Shown: one piece after another, positions 39,884 to 49,640 of the stretch
Layout of the letters: every line of letters starts with the position of its first letter
Position numbering within the stretch: the stretch's first letter is position 1
Source: Nitrospinaceae bacterium
GTDB lineage: Bacteria; Nitrospinota; Nitrospinia; Nitrospinales; Nitrospinaceae
Assembly: GCA_965223665.1 (NCBI GenBank)
Contig: OZ245011.1
Coordinates: 3,968,001-4,032,000 of the forward strand
Reading direction: 5' to 3'
Length of the DNA: 64,000 nt
The notes under the pieces: generated by a model
The model's input: only the letters and a program-made list of their open reading frames with translations
What the model was told of the DNA's origin: nothing
The model's database searches: none
Position numbers and translations under genes: made by a program

Positions 39884-40441
39884 ATGAGCTTGCTTCAAAC
39901 AATTTTAGGCAACCAGGGGGGCGCCACAGTAATGGAAATGGCAAAAAAATTTGGAATTGGCGAAGATGCGACTCAAAGCGTTTTAGGAAAAATTGTGCCT
40001 GCCCTGTCTCAAGGTCTTAAGAAAAATGTGTCCACTGAATCTGGGCTTGAAAGTCTTTTAGGAGCATTAAGTAAAGGGAATCATCAAAAATACCTAGAGA
40101 ATCCTCAAAGCCTTGGTGAAGAAAGTTCTATTTTAGAAGGAAATAAAATTTTGGGTCATCTTTTGGGGAGTAAGGATGTCAGCCGAAATGTAGCGGGTCA
40201 TGTAGCCAAAGAAACTGGGCAGGATGAGGGAATAATAAAAAAAATGTTGCCAATGGTAGCCAATTCTCTGATGGGAGCATTAGGTCAGCAATCTTCTGGA
40301 ACGGGCATGTTAAGTTCTTTGTTTAGTAATGATGGAGACTCAGGGTCCAAATTAGGATTGCTCACTTCTTTTTTAGATGCAGATAATGACGGTAGTGTGA
40401 TGGATGATGTTTTAGGAATGGCAAAGAAGTTTTTTAAATAA
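39884..40441 (+). CDS. DUF937 family protein
   Basis: GNKILGHLLGSKDVSR, KMLPMVA, FLDADNDGSVMDD. Confidence 0.88.
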   Translation: MSLLQTILGNQGGATVMEMAKKFGIGEDATQSVLGKIVPALSQGLKKNVSTESGLESLLGALSKGNHQKYLENPQSLGEESSILEGNKILGHLLGSKDVSRNVAGHVAKETGQDEGIIKKMLPMVANSLMGALGQQSSGTGMLSSLFSNDGDSGSKLGLLTSFLDADNDGSVMDDVLGMAKKFFK

Positions 40442-40480
40442 TTTAGAAAAAAGTTTTAAAGAGCTAGAGTTGTTAATTCT

Positions 40481-42343
40481 TTAGCTCTTTTTTTCTGCAA
40501 AAAAAATGGTTGCCTCGGGATTGATGGTATTTTCAGGGCACATTTTTAGATGTTGCCGAAAAAATGGCATGTTTATAATGGCGTCTCCCTTATGAGAAAT
40601 TAAATTATAATGATCAAATAGTCCTCGAATAGGATGAGGACCTTGCAGAAATAATATTCCTCCTGGTTCTAAAGCATTGGTAACAGACATTAAAATTTGT
40701 TCTGCGGTTTCTCGTTCATGATGATACATAAATGGTATCCACTTAAATATCATATCGTATTTTTGTTCATAAGCTTCTTCAACGTATTCCATTTCTGGAA
40801 GAAAACGAACTCGACTCACACCATCTAACTGTTTCCGAGTAACAGAATAATTCCATAATTGTTGAGCGTTTTTAACGGCAAACTCTGGGTCCCCATAAAG
40901 AACTACATATTCCCGTTCATGAGTGCAGTCAATGCACCCAGAAATTACCGTATCAAAAGTATGGATAAGAACACGTTTTACACTTTCCAATTTTTCGGGC
41001 ATGCCTTTATGGTTTTCCATGTAATAAAAAATTTGGTCAAGTGCCATGGGTTGAAGGGAGGACTCATCAATTGGATCTGCTCCCTCGGGATAAAATGGAA
41101 CAGTGTATAAAATTTTTATCGGATCCACCTCCGGAACATTTCCCTCAAAAAACTTTTTCCAGCCAAATGATTGAGGAGCGGGAACCGGTACCGGCCCACT
41201 GGGTTCAATGTTCCAATCGGGTTTAAGAGAAATCTCTCTTTTTTGTTGCGCATCATGTAAAACAATCCGATTTTCTAATACTTCCATGTATCGTTGACAG
41301 GAACCACGTCCCCCTTGGGCTGTGTTGATAAAGGGAATGGCTGCAGGATCGTTCCAACTAGTTACTTTAAACAAATAGCCTTCTTGGACTGTAAGACTAA
41401 TTTTATGTTGCGTATCAAAGTAACGCCAGGGAGGGTGAGATTTTGGTGTCCATTCAATTTCATGGGAACGGTCTGCATTCATAAAGACATCAAGAATTTT
41501 TTCTCCCTTGGGACCTCTAGGTTCAAAAAAAGCAGAAAATATATTGTACGCTTCGCTGGAAGGATAGGTAGGTAATCCTCTGTATCTTAAAGGTAGCATG
41601 GTGTTGTCACGGCTTTGGTCTTCATAAAGTCCCCAAATAAATTCAAATACGGCGCCGCCACTTCCAGGTAAAGTAGATTGAAATAATTCTACAACTGGAA
41701 TTAGATCTAAATGTTCCCAATTCACCGTGAACATAAAACTGACAAACTGAGTTTTTTCAAAATTCCCGTTGATCAAAACGTATAAACCGTCTTTTTGTAA
41801 TTGCACATCATATTCGCCTTCTCCGGTTGTAATGAAATTTTTGTCATGATAAAAATATTTTACTTCAGAGAAGGGGACCTGCCAGGCCTGGGAAGCTCCA
41901 TGTCGAAGATCATCCAACGTCATACGTTCCCAGTTGGGTTGGCTTTTAATACTAATATGTGTTGAGAAAGTTTTTGCCTTGGGTCGAATGCCGATCCATT
42001 GTTGACAGTCCAGTTGCATCCGAACGTGTTTAAGTTTGATTTCATTTGAACTTTGGTCACGTTCCCATTCAGCTTCATGAAGAATATTTCCAGACGGATC
42101 TGTCATCAAAAACCGTTTACCTAATGAGTTATAAAACACCGTGTGGCCCGTGGGATAAATTTTGACGCGTATGTTGTCAGCTAATGGTTCTTGCCTATCA
42201 AACCAATAAGTCGCTCCATTTATCTCTTTGCTTTTTAGTTGCGTCAGTGGTTCTTTGAGTCGTTCAACTTCCTGGATATTTGGAGGAAAGACCAAATTTC
42301 CTTCCTTGGATAAAACTTGAATACGTTCATGGATATCAAACAA
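40481..42343 (-). CDS. Large hypothetical protein; C-terminus resembles a class I SAM-methyltransferase fold
   Basis: 620-aa ORF; YDMIFKWIPFMY...ALEPGGILFL. Confidence 0.75.
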   Translation of the reverse strand: MFDIHERIQVLSKEGNLVFPPNIQEVERLKEPLTQLKSKEINGATYWFDRQEPLADNIRVKIYPTGHTVFYNSLGKRFLMTDPSGNILHEAEWERDQSSNEIKLKHVRMQLDCQQWIGIRPKAKTFSTHISIKSQPNWERMTLDDLRHGASQAWQVPFSEVKYFYHDKNFITTGEGEYDVQLQKDGLYVLINGNFEKTQFVSFMFTVNWEHLDLIPVVELFQSTLPGSGGAVFEFIWGLYEDQSRDNTMLPLRYRGLPTYPSSEAYNIFSAFFEPRGPKGEKILDVFMNADRSHEIEWTPKSHPPWRYFDTQHKISLTVQEGYLFKVTSWNDPAAIPFINTAQGGRGSCQRYMEVLENRIVLHDAQQKREISLKPDWNIEPSGPVPVPAPQSFGWKKFFEGNVPEVDPIKILYTVPFYPEGADPIDESSLQPMALDQIFYYMENHKGMPEKLESVKRVLIHTFDTVISGCIDCTHEREYVVLYGDPEFAVKNAQQLWNYSVTRKQLDGVSRVRFLPEMEYVEEAYEQKYDMIFKWIPFMYHHERETAEQILMSVTNALEPGGILFLQGPHPIRGLFDHYNLISHKGDAIINMPFFRQHLKMCPENTINPEATIFFAEKKS

Positions 42344-42591
42344 ATCAATTTCCTTTTGAGGTTGTGAATTGGAGGGATTATAGGGAGTGAATTAAATGCT
42401 GTCAAATCAGCTGTAATATATTTTCCTTTTGATCAAAATTAATCAAAAGGGATTTTTGGGATTTCAGGTTTCCTATTTCCCTTGATAAGCCAAATTGTTT
42501 GCGTTGGGCTGGCAAAGCTTTTTAAATTCCAGGTAAAATACAAATACACACCCACATTTGATTTAGAGAATTTGCCAAGCCTTTAACCTTT

Positions 42592-42921
42592 TTGCGTGTT
42601 TTTGGCGTCTTGCTTTTAATCTGTTTTATTACCAGTCCTTTGCAAGCACAACCCAAAAAAAGAAGGCCGGGGATTGAGCCTTATATGAGTGAAGAAATTC
42701 CTTCTAACGAACTTATTGATCGAATTTGTCGAAAAAAACCGGATCAAGTGATGGGAAAAATTGAAACGGGTCCAAATTAATATACGGTTTACATTGCTGT
42801 CATAGCAAATAGAGCCATTCAAGCGCAAGCGACCACGCTTGTTAAACTGGATTCCAATATGTGGGTCCTTGGTTGTTTTGCATCTATTCCGCAGGTAGTG
42901 ATGCAGCCAGTAAAGAAGTGA
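42592..42921 (+). pseudogene. Small exported protein interrupted by an in-frame TAA at 42778-42780
   Basis: Signal peptide ORF of 62 aa; the same frame continues 46 codons (YTVYIAVIANRAIQAQATTLVKLDSNMWVLGCFASIPQVVMQPVKK) to TGA 42919-42921. Confidence 0.5.
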
Positions 42922-43059
42922 ATTTAAACTCCCCAGTGTTTCGAAGGATTAATAGGATTTTTTTTGGAAGAATTTCAAAAAAATACAAGAACTAGCATAC
43001 AATTAATGTCTTAATGATGATGTGAATACTTGGTTTCCATCGGTTTTTTTTGCCATATA

Positions 43060-43088
43060 TTGACACCCCGCCTTTAGGTACATATAAT
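43060..43088 (+). promoter_or_regulatory. Consensus sigma70 promoter
   Basis: Exact TTGACA-17 nt-TATAAT, about 100 nt upstream of the TPR gene. Confidence 0.75.
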
Positions 43089-43185
43089 CCTAGCTAAACC
43101 TTGAAAAAATCAGGGGATTTTTTATTTGCTCTTAATTGGATAATGCCGGTTGGGAGATATTTTTGTTTGTTTTTGGAGAAGTTGC

Positions 43186-45825
43186 ATGGAATCGAAGCAA
43201 AATGACCCAAATAGTGAATCATTAAGTGAAAGTCGCAAATATGAAGAAATGGCTTATTCCAGCCTGCAAAATCAAAAGCTGGAAGAAGCAGAGTCTCATT
43301 TTCTTACGGCTTTGGATTTAATGGAAAAATCGGGAGACGAAACCGGACAAGCTTATACTTTAGGCAATTTAGGTAACATTTGTTTTCAAAGCAGAAGGTT
43401 TGATTTAGCCCAAGATTATTATCAGCGCTCACTTTCTTTAATGGAAAAACTTAAAGATAGTCGGGGAATTGAAAACTCTTTAGGTAATTTAGGAAATGTG
43501 AATTTGTTTAAAGGGGAGTTAGATGAGGCCCAGGAAAATTATCTTAAAGCTCTAAAATTTGGTGAGGAAACAAAAAATCTAGAAGGGCAAATTAAATATA
43601 ATGAAAATCTCGCCCAAATTGCGATTCAAAGAGAAGACTTTTTAGATGCTTTGAAGTTTTTCGAAAAAGTTCGGTCATTTTTGATTTCAGAACAAGAGAA
43701 TATAAATAAAGTAAATGAGCTGGACGAGCAAATAAAAAAAATAAAATCCCATCCTAAATTTTTGGAAGCTCGGGAAAAAGAATTTCAAAAAGAAATTGAT
43801 AGCCTATCAGAGCAAAAACGCCATAAGGAACTTATTGAAAAATACCAGGAACTTGAAGAAATATTTTTCCAGGCAAATCGTTTTGACAAAATGGTTGAAG
43901 TAAACGAAAAAATTATTACTGTTTTGAACGAACAAAATGATAAGCAATCTATTGCCATTTGTCATGCCAATTTGGGAAGCACTCTGATGCAGGAAGCTCT
44001 TTCTGGAAAGAAAGAGTTGCTAACCCAAGCGGAAGAGCATCTTCGGCAAGCCCTGGAATATATGGAAAGTAATAAGGATCAACGGCGAAAATCTTATCTA
44101 TTAGGAAGTCTGGGAATAATCTATTTAAACCAAAATGAATTGGATAAAGCTTACGACCATTACAATCAATCCTTGCAAATTATGAAGGAATTGAACGATG
44201 AAATGGGGGAGGCACGGAGTTATGCCAATCTGGGTCGTGTAGAGATGCTCAAAGAAAATTGGGATGCGGCTTTAGCGCAATATCAAAAGTCCTTAGAGAT
44301 GATGGAGAAATTGCAAAACAGGCCTGGGGTCGCACAACAACATGAGGCGATTGGAGATATTTTTCTGAAGAAGGAAGACTGGGATCAGGCTGATGAAAAT
44401 TTGCAGAAAGCACTAGCGTTTTATGAAATGTTAAAAGATCAGGCTAGTGTTGGGATTGTGGAGGATAAGCTGGTTTACATTATGAGCCAGCCATCGAAAT
44501 TAGAAAGCAGAGCAAAAGAAATTCAAGATCAGTTGAACCAAACGGATGATAATAAAGATCCTAAAAAGAAGATTGCGTTGCTAAAAGATCTTAGTAACGT
44601 TTATTTTATGGGGAACAATTTTGATAAAGCGCAAGAGTATCTTGAGGGGATATTACCGCTTCAGGAAAAATTAGATGACCAGATGGGTTTGAGCAGCACG
44701 CATGGAAACTTAGCAAGTATCTTAATGCAAAAACAAGATTTTGATAATGCTGATAGTCATTTTGAACAATCCATCCAGATAAGGGAAAAAGCCGGTGTGA
44801 CTCCTGAAAGTTTGATTGAACTGTATGGTAATCGAGCCAATGTTTTATTAATGGCAAATAAATTGGATCAAGCGGAAAAGTTAATGAAAAAAACGCTTAG
44901 AATCAATGAAAAAGCTAAGAACACTAAGGGATTGGTAGCAGACTATCGAAATCTAGGAAATCTTTGCCTGCAAAAAACGGATTGGTTGGGTGCTGAGCAG
45001 AACTATAAAAAAGCGTTGGACATTAATTCAAAGCTTGGTAATAAAAGTGAAATGGCTGAGGACTATCGGAATCAATGTAATTTGTATATTCAAAAGGAAG
45101 ATTGGAAACAAGCGGAAAAATATGGTCGTGACGCTTTAGAATTAGCAGAGCAGATTAAGGATTTGCAAAGTATTTGTCATGATTCGCGAACTCTGGTGAG
45201 AATTTATTCTGAACAAAAAGAGAGAATGAAAATTGAACCTCTTCTTTTGAAATCGTTGGAAACTGCTAAAAACATTAGTCAGAGAGAAGTCTGTATTGAT
45301 TTGCGCAGTCTTGGTAATTTTTATATGGATAAAGGTTATACAGAAAAAGCTGAAAAGTTTTTTAAAGATTCCTATGAGATTTCCCAAAAAGCAGGTGACA
45401 AAGGTAGTCTTGCTGAAGATCTTCGAAACTTAGGAAATTTTTATTTTCGTCGAAGTAATCCTACAGAAGCGGAGACACTTTATAAACAAGCGTTGGATTA
45501 TACTTTAGAAATTGGAGACAAATCCGAATCTGCGAAAGATTATACTTTCCTGGGAAACTTAAAGTTTAAGGGGAAAAAATTTGAGGAGGCTGATCAATAT
45601 TTTGAAAAAGCCGCGACCTTGTTTAAAGAATTAAAAAATACTGTGAGTCTGGTTCAGCTGTATATGACGGTGGCCCGGTTAAACTTAGCAGAATCCCGTA
45701 AGGAGCCCAGTGAAGAGTATTTAGATAAAGCTCAGGAAATTGCAGTTTCTTTGGGTAATCCTGAAAAACTCACTAAATCGATCGAAGAAATGCGGAAAAT
45801 GATAGACCGGATCGACAAAATTTAG
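43186..45825 (+). CDS. Large all-TPR protein
   Basis: Many TPR_12-like repeats (xLGNLGNxxxxxGxxDxAxxxYxKAL); GGAG RBS before ATG 43186. Confidence 0.88.
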   Translation: MESKQNDPNSESLSESRKYEEMAYSSLQNQKLEEAESHFLTALDLMEKSGDETGQAYTLGNLGNICFQSRRFDLAQDYYQRSLSLMEKLKDSRGIENSLGNLGNVNLFKGELDEAQENYLKALKFGEETKNLEGQIKYNENLAQIAIQREDFLDALKFFEKVRSFLISEQENINKVNELDEQIKKIKSHPKFLEAREKEFQKEIDSLSEQKRHKELIEKYQELEEIFFQANRFDKMVEVNEKIITVLNEQNDKQSIAICHANLGSTLMQEALSGKKELLTQAEEHLRQALEYMESNKDQRRKSYLLGSLGIIYLNQNELDKAYDHYNQSLQIMKELNDEMGEARSYANLGRVEMLKENWDAALAQYQKSLEMMEKLQNRPGVAQQHEAIGDIFLKKEDWDQADENLQKALAFYEMLKDQASVGIVEDKLVYIMSQPSKLESRAKEIQDQLNQTDDNKDPKKKIALLKDLSNVYFMGNNFDKAQEYLEGILPLQEKLDDQMGLSSTHGNLASILMQKQDFDNADSHFEQSIQIREKAGVTPESLIELYGNRANVLLMANKLDQAEKLMKKTLRINEKAKNTKGLVADYRNLGNLCLQKTDWLGAEQNYKKALDINSKLGNKSEMAEDYRNQCNLYIQKEDWKQAEKYGRDALELAEQIKDLQSICHDSRTLVRIYSEQKERMKIEPLLLKSLETAKNISQREVCIDLRSLGNFYMDKGYTEKAEKFFKDSYEISQKAGDKGSLAEDLRNLGNFYFRRSNPTEAETLYKQALDYTLEIGDKSESAKDYTFLGNLKFKGKKFEEADQYFEKAATLFKELKNTVSLVQLYMTVARLNLAESRKEPSEEYLDKAQEIAVSLGNPEKLTKSIEEMRKMIDRIDKI

Positions 45826-46011
45826 TTTTTTAAATTACGAGGCTGCTTTTATTAGTTAGGGTTTTCTAACTTGTTGTTTTTTAATTCGGTTTCTGGTTTT
45901 TTTGTGTAAAGTTTTAATAATTAATATTTTGGTGGATATTGTTTTATTGAGCTATATAGAAGGGGCGGAGCCTGACTAATATATAGCTTGTATAAAAAAG
46001 TTTTAGTAGCC

Positions 46012-46040
46012 TTGACATAAAGGGTTCCTTCATATAATTT
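46012..46040 (+). promoter_or_regulatory. Putative sigma70 promoter
   Basis: TTGACA followed by TATAAT (15 nt spacer) or TAATTT (17 nt spacer). Confidence 0.45.
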
Positions 46041-46086
46041 TATGCAATAACTCCCAGAATTTATTATTTCTATTGGTTTTTTAATT

Positions 46087-47259
46087 ATGAAAGTTATATA
46101 TAGTCCCCAATTAATGGAAGAGGCTGTTTTTCGGCACTTGAATCATTTAGAGCGTTCTGGAAAACGAGCGGAATATGATGAATACCATTCTCTAGCGGAT
46201 CCGATTTATGAGCTTCCTGAGGATGATCGAGAGGAAGCCTTTGCTAAAGTAAATAAATTGTTCTTTATTGAGAATCTTGGTTTAGGCGACTTTGTACTTA
46301 AATCTCTCGAAGCATGTGGATTAATTCCCAAACGCCAAAGAGTTGCGAAGAAGCCTGTAACAGTACCAGCAGAGGCCGAGGAAGCAGAAGCTGAGTCAGC
46401 ACCTGTTGATGGATTAGATACTTCGGCGGCGGCCGAGGAGTCCACCGAAGTTTCTCCACCAAATGAAAATGAGGAATCCTTAGAAGCAGTCGAACAAAAA
46501 GACGAAGATCTTGTGACTTACGAAGAAGAAAGAACATTTGAAGAAAAGATTAAAGAGATTGTTATTAAACGAGCCATTAATAAAGTGGATGAAGGTTCTA
46601 ACGTTTTAAATAGAGTTTCTGGTTTACCTATTATCGAAATGCGAGTTTTGGCCAGTCGTTTTGCAAACCCTGAAGAAGCAAGGGAACTAGAATCTTTTTT
46701 GATTCATGAGTTTATGCATGCCCGGGATATGATGGATCCTGAGTTTGATTATGAGGACGCATTTATTCCAGGAAATCCTTCAGTAAAAAACTTAATTACT
46801 GCACGGTTTAGATTGCTTTGGAACATTTTTGTAGATTCGAGATTAGCCCGAAAAAAAATTCGCTCTGTTATGCCAAAAGAAGCAAGATTTAGAGAATTTG
46901 ATAACTATTATCGGAAAATTCCTGAACAACAGCGTCGAGGTATTTTTGAGGGTTTATGGGGTACAGAAAAACTGACCCATGAAGAATTACTTTCCATGGC
47001 CACAGATTTAGAAACTCTTATTAGTAAATATGTGGATTATACGGAAGAGTTTACGGAACAAGATCGAGAATTTATCCATCTTCAGGGGTCGCCCTGTCCA
47101 TTGTGTAAATTCCCAACTTATAATTGGGTGGACGATCCTGAAAGTGTTTGTGATGAAATGGTTATTGAAGCAATCCAGATTGATTTTCCGGATTGGGAAA
47201 ATAAAGATGGCGCATGTGACCGTTGTATTGAAGTGTATGAATTAAGGGCTGGTATATAA
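46087..47259 (+). CDS. Hypothetical protein with HExxH motif and C-terminal CX2C...CX2C site
   Basis: LIHEFMHARDMMDP; CPLC...CDRC; acidic low-complexity insert (about aa 90-150). Confidence 0.8.
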   Translation: MKVIYSPQLMEEAVFRHLNHLERSGKRAEYDEYHSLADPIYELPEDDREEAFAKVNKLFFIENLGLGDFVLKSLEACGLIPKRQRVAKKPVTVPAEAEEAEAESAPVDGLDTSAAAEESTEVSPPNENEESLEAVEQKDEDLVTYEEERTFEEKIKEIVIKRAINKVDEGSNVLNRVSGLPIIEMRVLASRFANPEEARELESFLIHEFMHARDMMDPEFDYEDAFIPGNPSVKNLITARFRLLWNIFVDSRLARKKIRSVMPKEARFREFDNYYRKIPEQQRRGIFEGLWGTEKLTHEELLSMATDLETLISKYVDYTEEFTEQDREFIHLQGSPCPLCKFPTYNWVDDPESVCDEMVIEAIQIDFPDWENKDGACDRCIEVYELRAGI

Positions 47260-47475
47260 AGAGCCTTTTTATTTATAGAACAAATATTGAATTGACGGTA
47301 GTATTGTTTAAAATGTAAGATTTCCAGCTATAGGCATTTAGTAGAATTCTTATAGTTTAGATAGGTGAAAGTTTAAAAACCAATTTAAAGATAATTGAAA
47401 AGAATTTTTATTAAAGTTAAAATAAGGGCGAAAAAGGACAGCTGTAATTGAATTCCTTTTCTAATGGAGTAGCCG

Positions 47476-48306
47476 ATGACTGAAACGAGTGAAGTATCCA
47501 AAAACCAAGATCCTATACTAGTGAAATTTGGAGAAACTGGAACCCTTGAAGAATGTAAAGAACAAAGAATTTCTTTACAGTTAGCCCGGGGTCGAGTGTA
47601 TGACATATTGTCAAGTGCATTCAGTTATCCTTGGAATCGGAAATTTTTTAGACCTAAGTCGCTTTTAGAACCCTTAGATGTAGTCTTATTAGATGAAGAT
47701 GATTGGAAAACTGCGAAGGAAATAATTAATCGATTCGGTAAATACCTACCCAATATGGCTTTAAAGCAAGTTCAACAAGAGTATGTAAAGGTTTTTGGTC
47801 ATGCTGTTTCTCAGGAATGTCCCCCGTATGAAATGCAGTATGGAACAGAGGGGGGAATCCAATCACAAACTGATGTGTTAATCCAGTTGGGGGGGTTTTA
47901 CGAAACCTTTGGATTTGAATTTCCTAAAAGTCGAGGAAAAGAACGAGTAGATCATCTTTCTGTTGAATTAGCATTCCTTGCTTACCTATGTTTTAGAGAA
48001 GCCTATGGAATAAGTAATGGACATGATGAAAAGAAAATATCCATTGTCCGACAAAGTTCGAAAAAATTTATAAGAAATCATGTGGGACGGTGGACACCTT
48101 TGTTTTGTATTTTTACTTCCCGTAAGGCGGAACGGGGGCTTTATAAAGATTTAGTAGACCTGTTAGCTTTGTTTGTGAAAAATGAATGCGCCTTGTTGGA
48201 TGTTAAGCCGATAAAAGTCGAAGAACCAGAATATCGTTCGTTGTCTTACAGTATGGAAAATGATCTTGTTGCTAATGCTCCAGCTGAGTGCGAACCGATA
48301 AAATAA
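47476..48306 (+). CDS. TorD/DmsD-family molybdoenzyme chaperone
   Basis: EYVKVFGH, CPPYE, FYETFG, ERVDHLSVELAFL, FIRNHVGRW. Confidence 0.88.
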   Translation: MTETSEVSKNQDPILVKFGETGTLEECKEQRISLQLARGRVYDILSSAFSYPWNRKFFRPKSLLEPLDVVLLDEDDWKTAKEIINRFGKYLPNMALKQVQQEYVKVFGHAVSQECPPYEMQYGTEGGIQSQTDVLIQLGGFYETFGFEFPKSRGKERVDHLSVELAFLAYLCFREAYGISNGHDEKKISIVRQSSKKFIRNHVGRWTPLFCIFTSRKAERGLYKDLVDLLALFVKNECALLDVKPIKVEEPEYRSLSYSMENDLVANAPAECEPIK

Positions 48307-48360
48307 GCTATCTGCTACAACCCTCTAGTAATTTTTACCCACCAAATACGGGAATATAAT

Positions 48361-49311
48361 GTGTCGTCTCGAAACCTTTCAGTCTTAGTAGGGTTATTGT
48401 TATTTTGTTTGCCCTTGTCCAGTTTTGCTGTCTCTATAAACGCTGTTAAGGTGGACGGAGAAGTGCCTCTGGATCCTTCAAATGTTTTTTGGTCCAATTA
48501 TGGTCCTACCAAAAATCTTCATGTAATTATTGATCTTAATCCCCAAATGATCACCAATCCAATGTGGCCTAATCCTGCGACGAAGTGGGTTTCAGTCCAA
48601 GCGGCCGTTAATGAAAAGGAAATTGCGATTCGATTAGAATGGGTAGACCCCACTCGTAACGATATTATGGTTCAATCGCAACAATACCGCGACCAGGCCG
48701 CAATTATGTTTCCTGTGGATCAAAGTGGACCTGTTCCACCTTTTACAATGGGAGGTGAGGAAGAGCCGGTAAATATTTGGCAATGGAAAGCCACATGGAA
48801 TAAAGAGGCCGCTGGTAAGGGAGGGAATGAATCAATGCAAGATGTTGAAGATCAGTATCAATATATGGCCATGGGATCTGGAAGTTACTATATCTATGAG
48901 CCTAGCGGAAAATTAAGTTTGTCGGACAAGGAAAAATCAGGAAAAATATCTGATAGAAGTACCTATATTGATGATGGAATGGGCAAAAATGAAGGCGTTT
49001 ATAACCCGGGTCGAGCAACCCACAATATATTATCTGATGCAACCCTACGTCGATCTCCTGTGGAAGATTTAAATGCAGAAGGGTTTAGCACCCTTACCAC
49101 ACAAGCGCATCAAGATGTTGATGGAAATGGCAATTGGAACAATAATCGGTGGTCTGTTGTTTTTAAAAGAGATAGGGTAACCAAAGATAAGAATGATACA
49201 CAATTCATATTTGAAAAAACTCCCATAGCTTTTGCAATTTGGAATGGAAATAATAAAGAAAGAAATGGACAAAAAGCCTTAACTCATTTCCATGAGCTTG
49301 TTTATAAATAA
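48361..49311 (+). CDS. Exported EbdC-like heme b (DOMON/EB_dh) protein; NxrC-type gamma-subunit candidate
   Basis: Sec signal; IRLEWVDPT, DQAAIMFP, FTMG, VNIWQWKA, EGFSTLT, WSVVFKR, AFAIWNG..KERNGQK. Confidence 0.85.
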   Translation: MSSRNLSVLVGLLLFCLPLSSFAVSINAVKVDGEVPLDPSNVFWSNYGPTKNLHVIIDLNPQMITNPMWPNPATKWVSVQAAVNEKEIAIRLEWVDPTRNDIMVQSQQYRDQAAIMFPVDQSGPVPPFTMGGEEEPVNIWQWKATWNKEAAGKGGNESMQDVEDQYQYMAMGSGSYYIYEPSGKLSLSDKEKSGKISDRSTYIDDGMGKNEGVYNPGRATHNILSDATLRRSPVEDLNAEGFSTLTTQAHQDVDGNGNWNNNRWSVVFKRDRVTKDKNDTQFIFEKTPIAFAIWNGNNKERNGQKALTHFHELVYK

Positions 49312-49640
49312 GTTTTGCGCATTTACCCAACTCCCCCTTATTAGGGTATATTTTCTGGTTCCCAGAAACTATTTTTTTAAACCCTTTCGAGGGTTTGGGC
49401 ATCAAATTAATTTGAATAGGAACAAACTATGTTCCTGAGAATTATTATTAATCTACTGAGGGTTTTAAACCTAAAGTTATAAATAAATAGTTGTCTTTAA
49501 TAAGAATTTCTTTCGCTACAGTTTATGATTTATTTCTTTGAAAGTTTTAAGTATTTTTTACTTGGGAAAATGAGGGAGAATAAAAAATAGTGATTTAATT
49601 AGCGAAAGTAATTTCAATACTTTAAAGACGATCTGAAACT

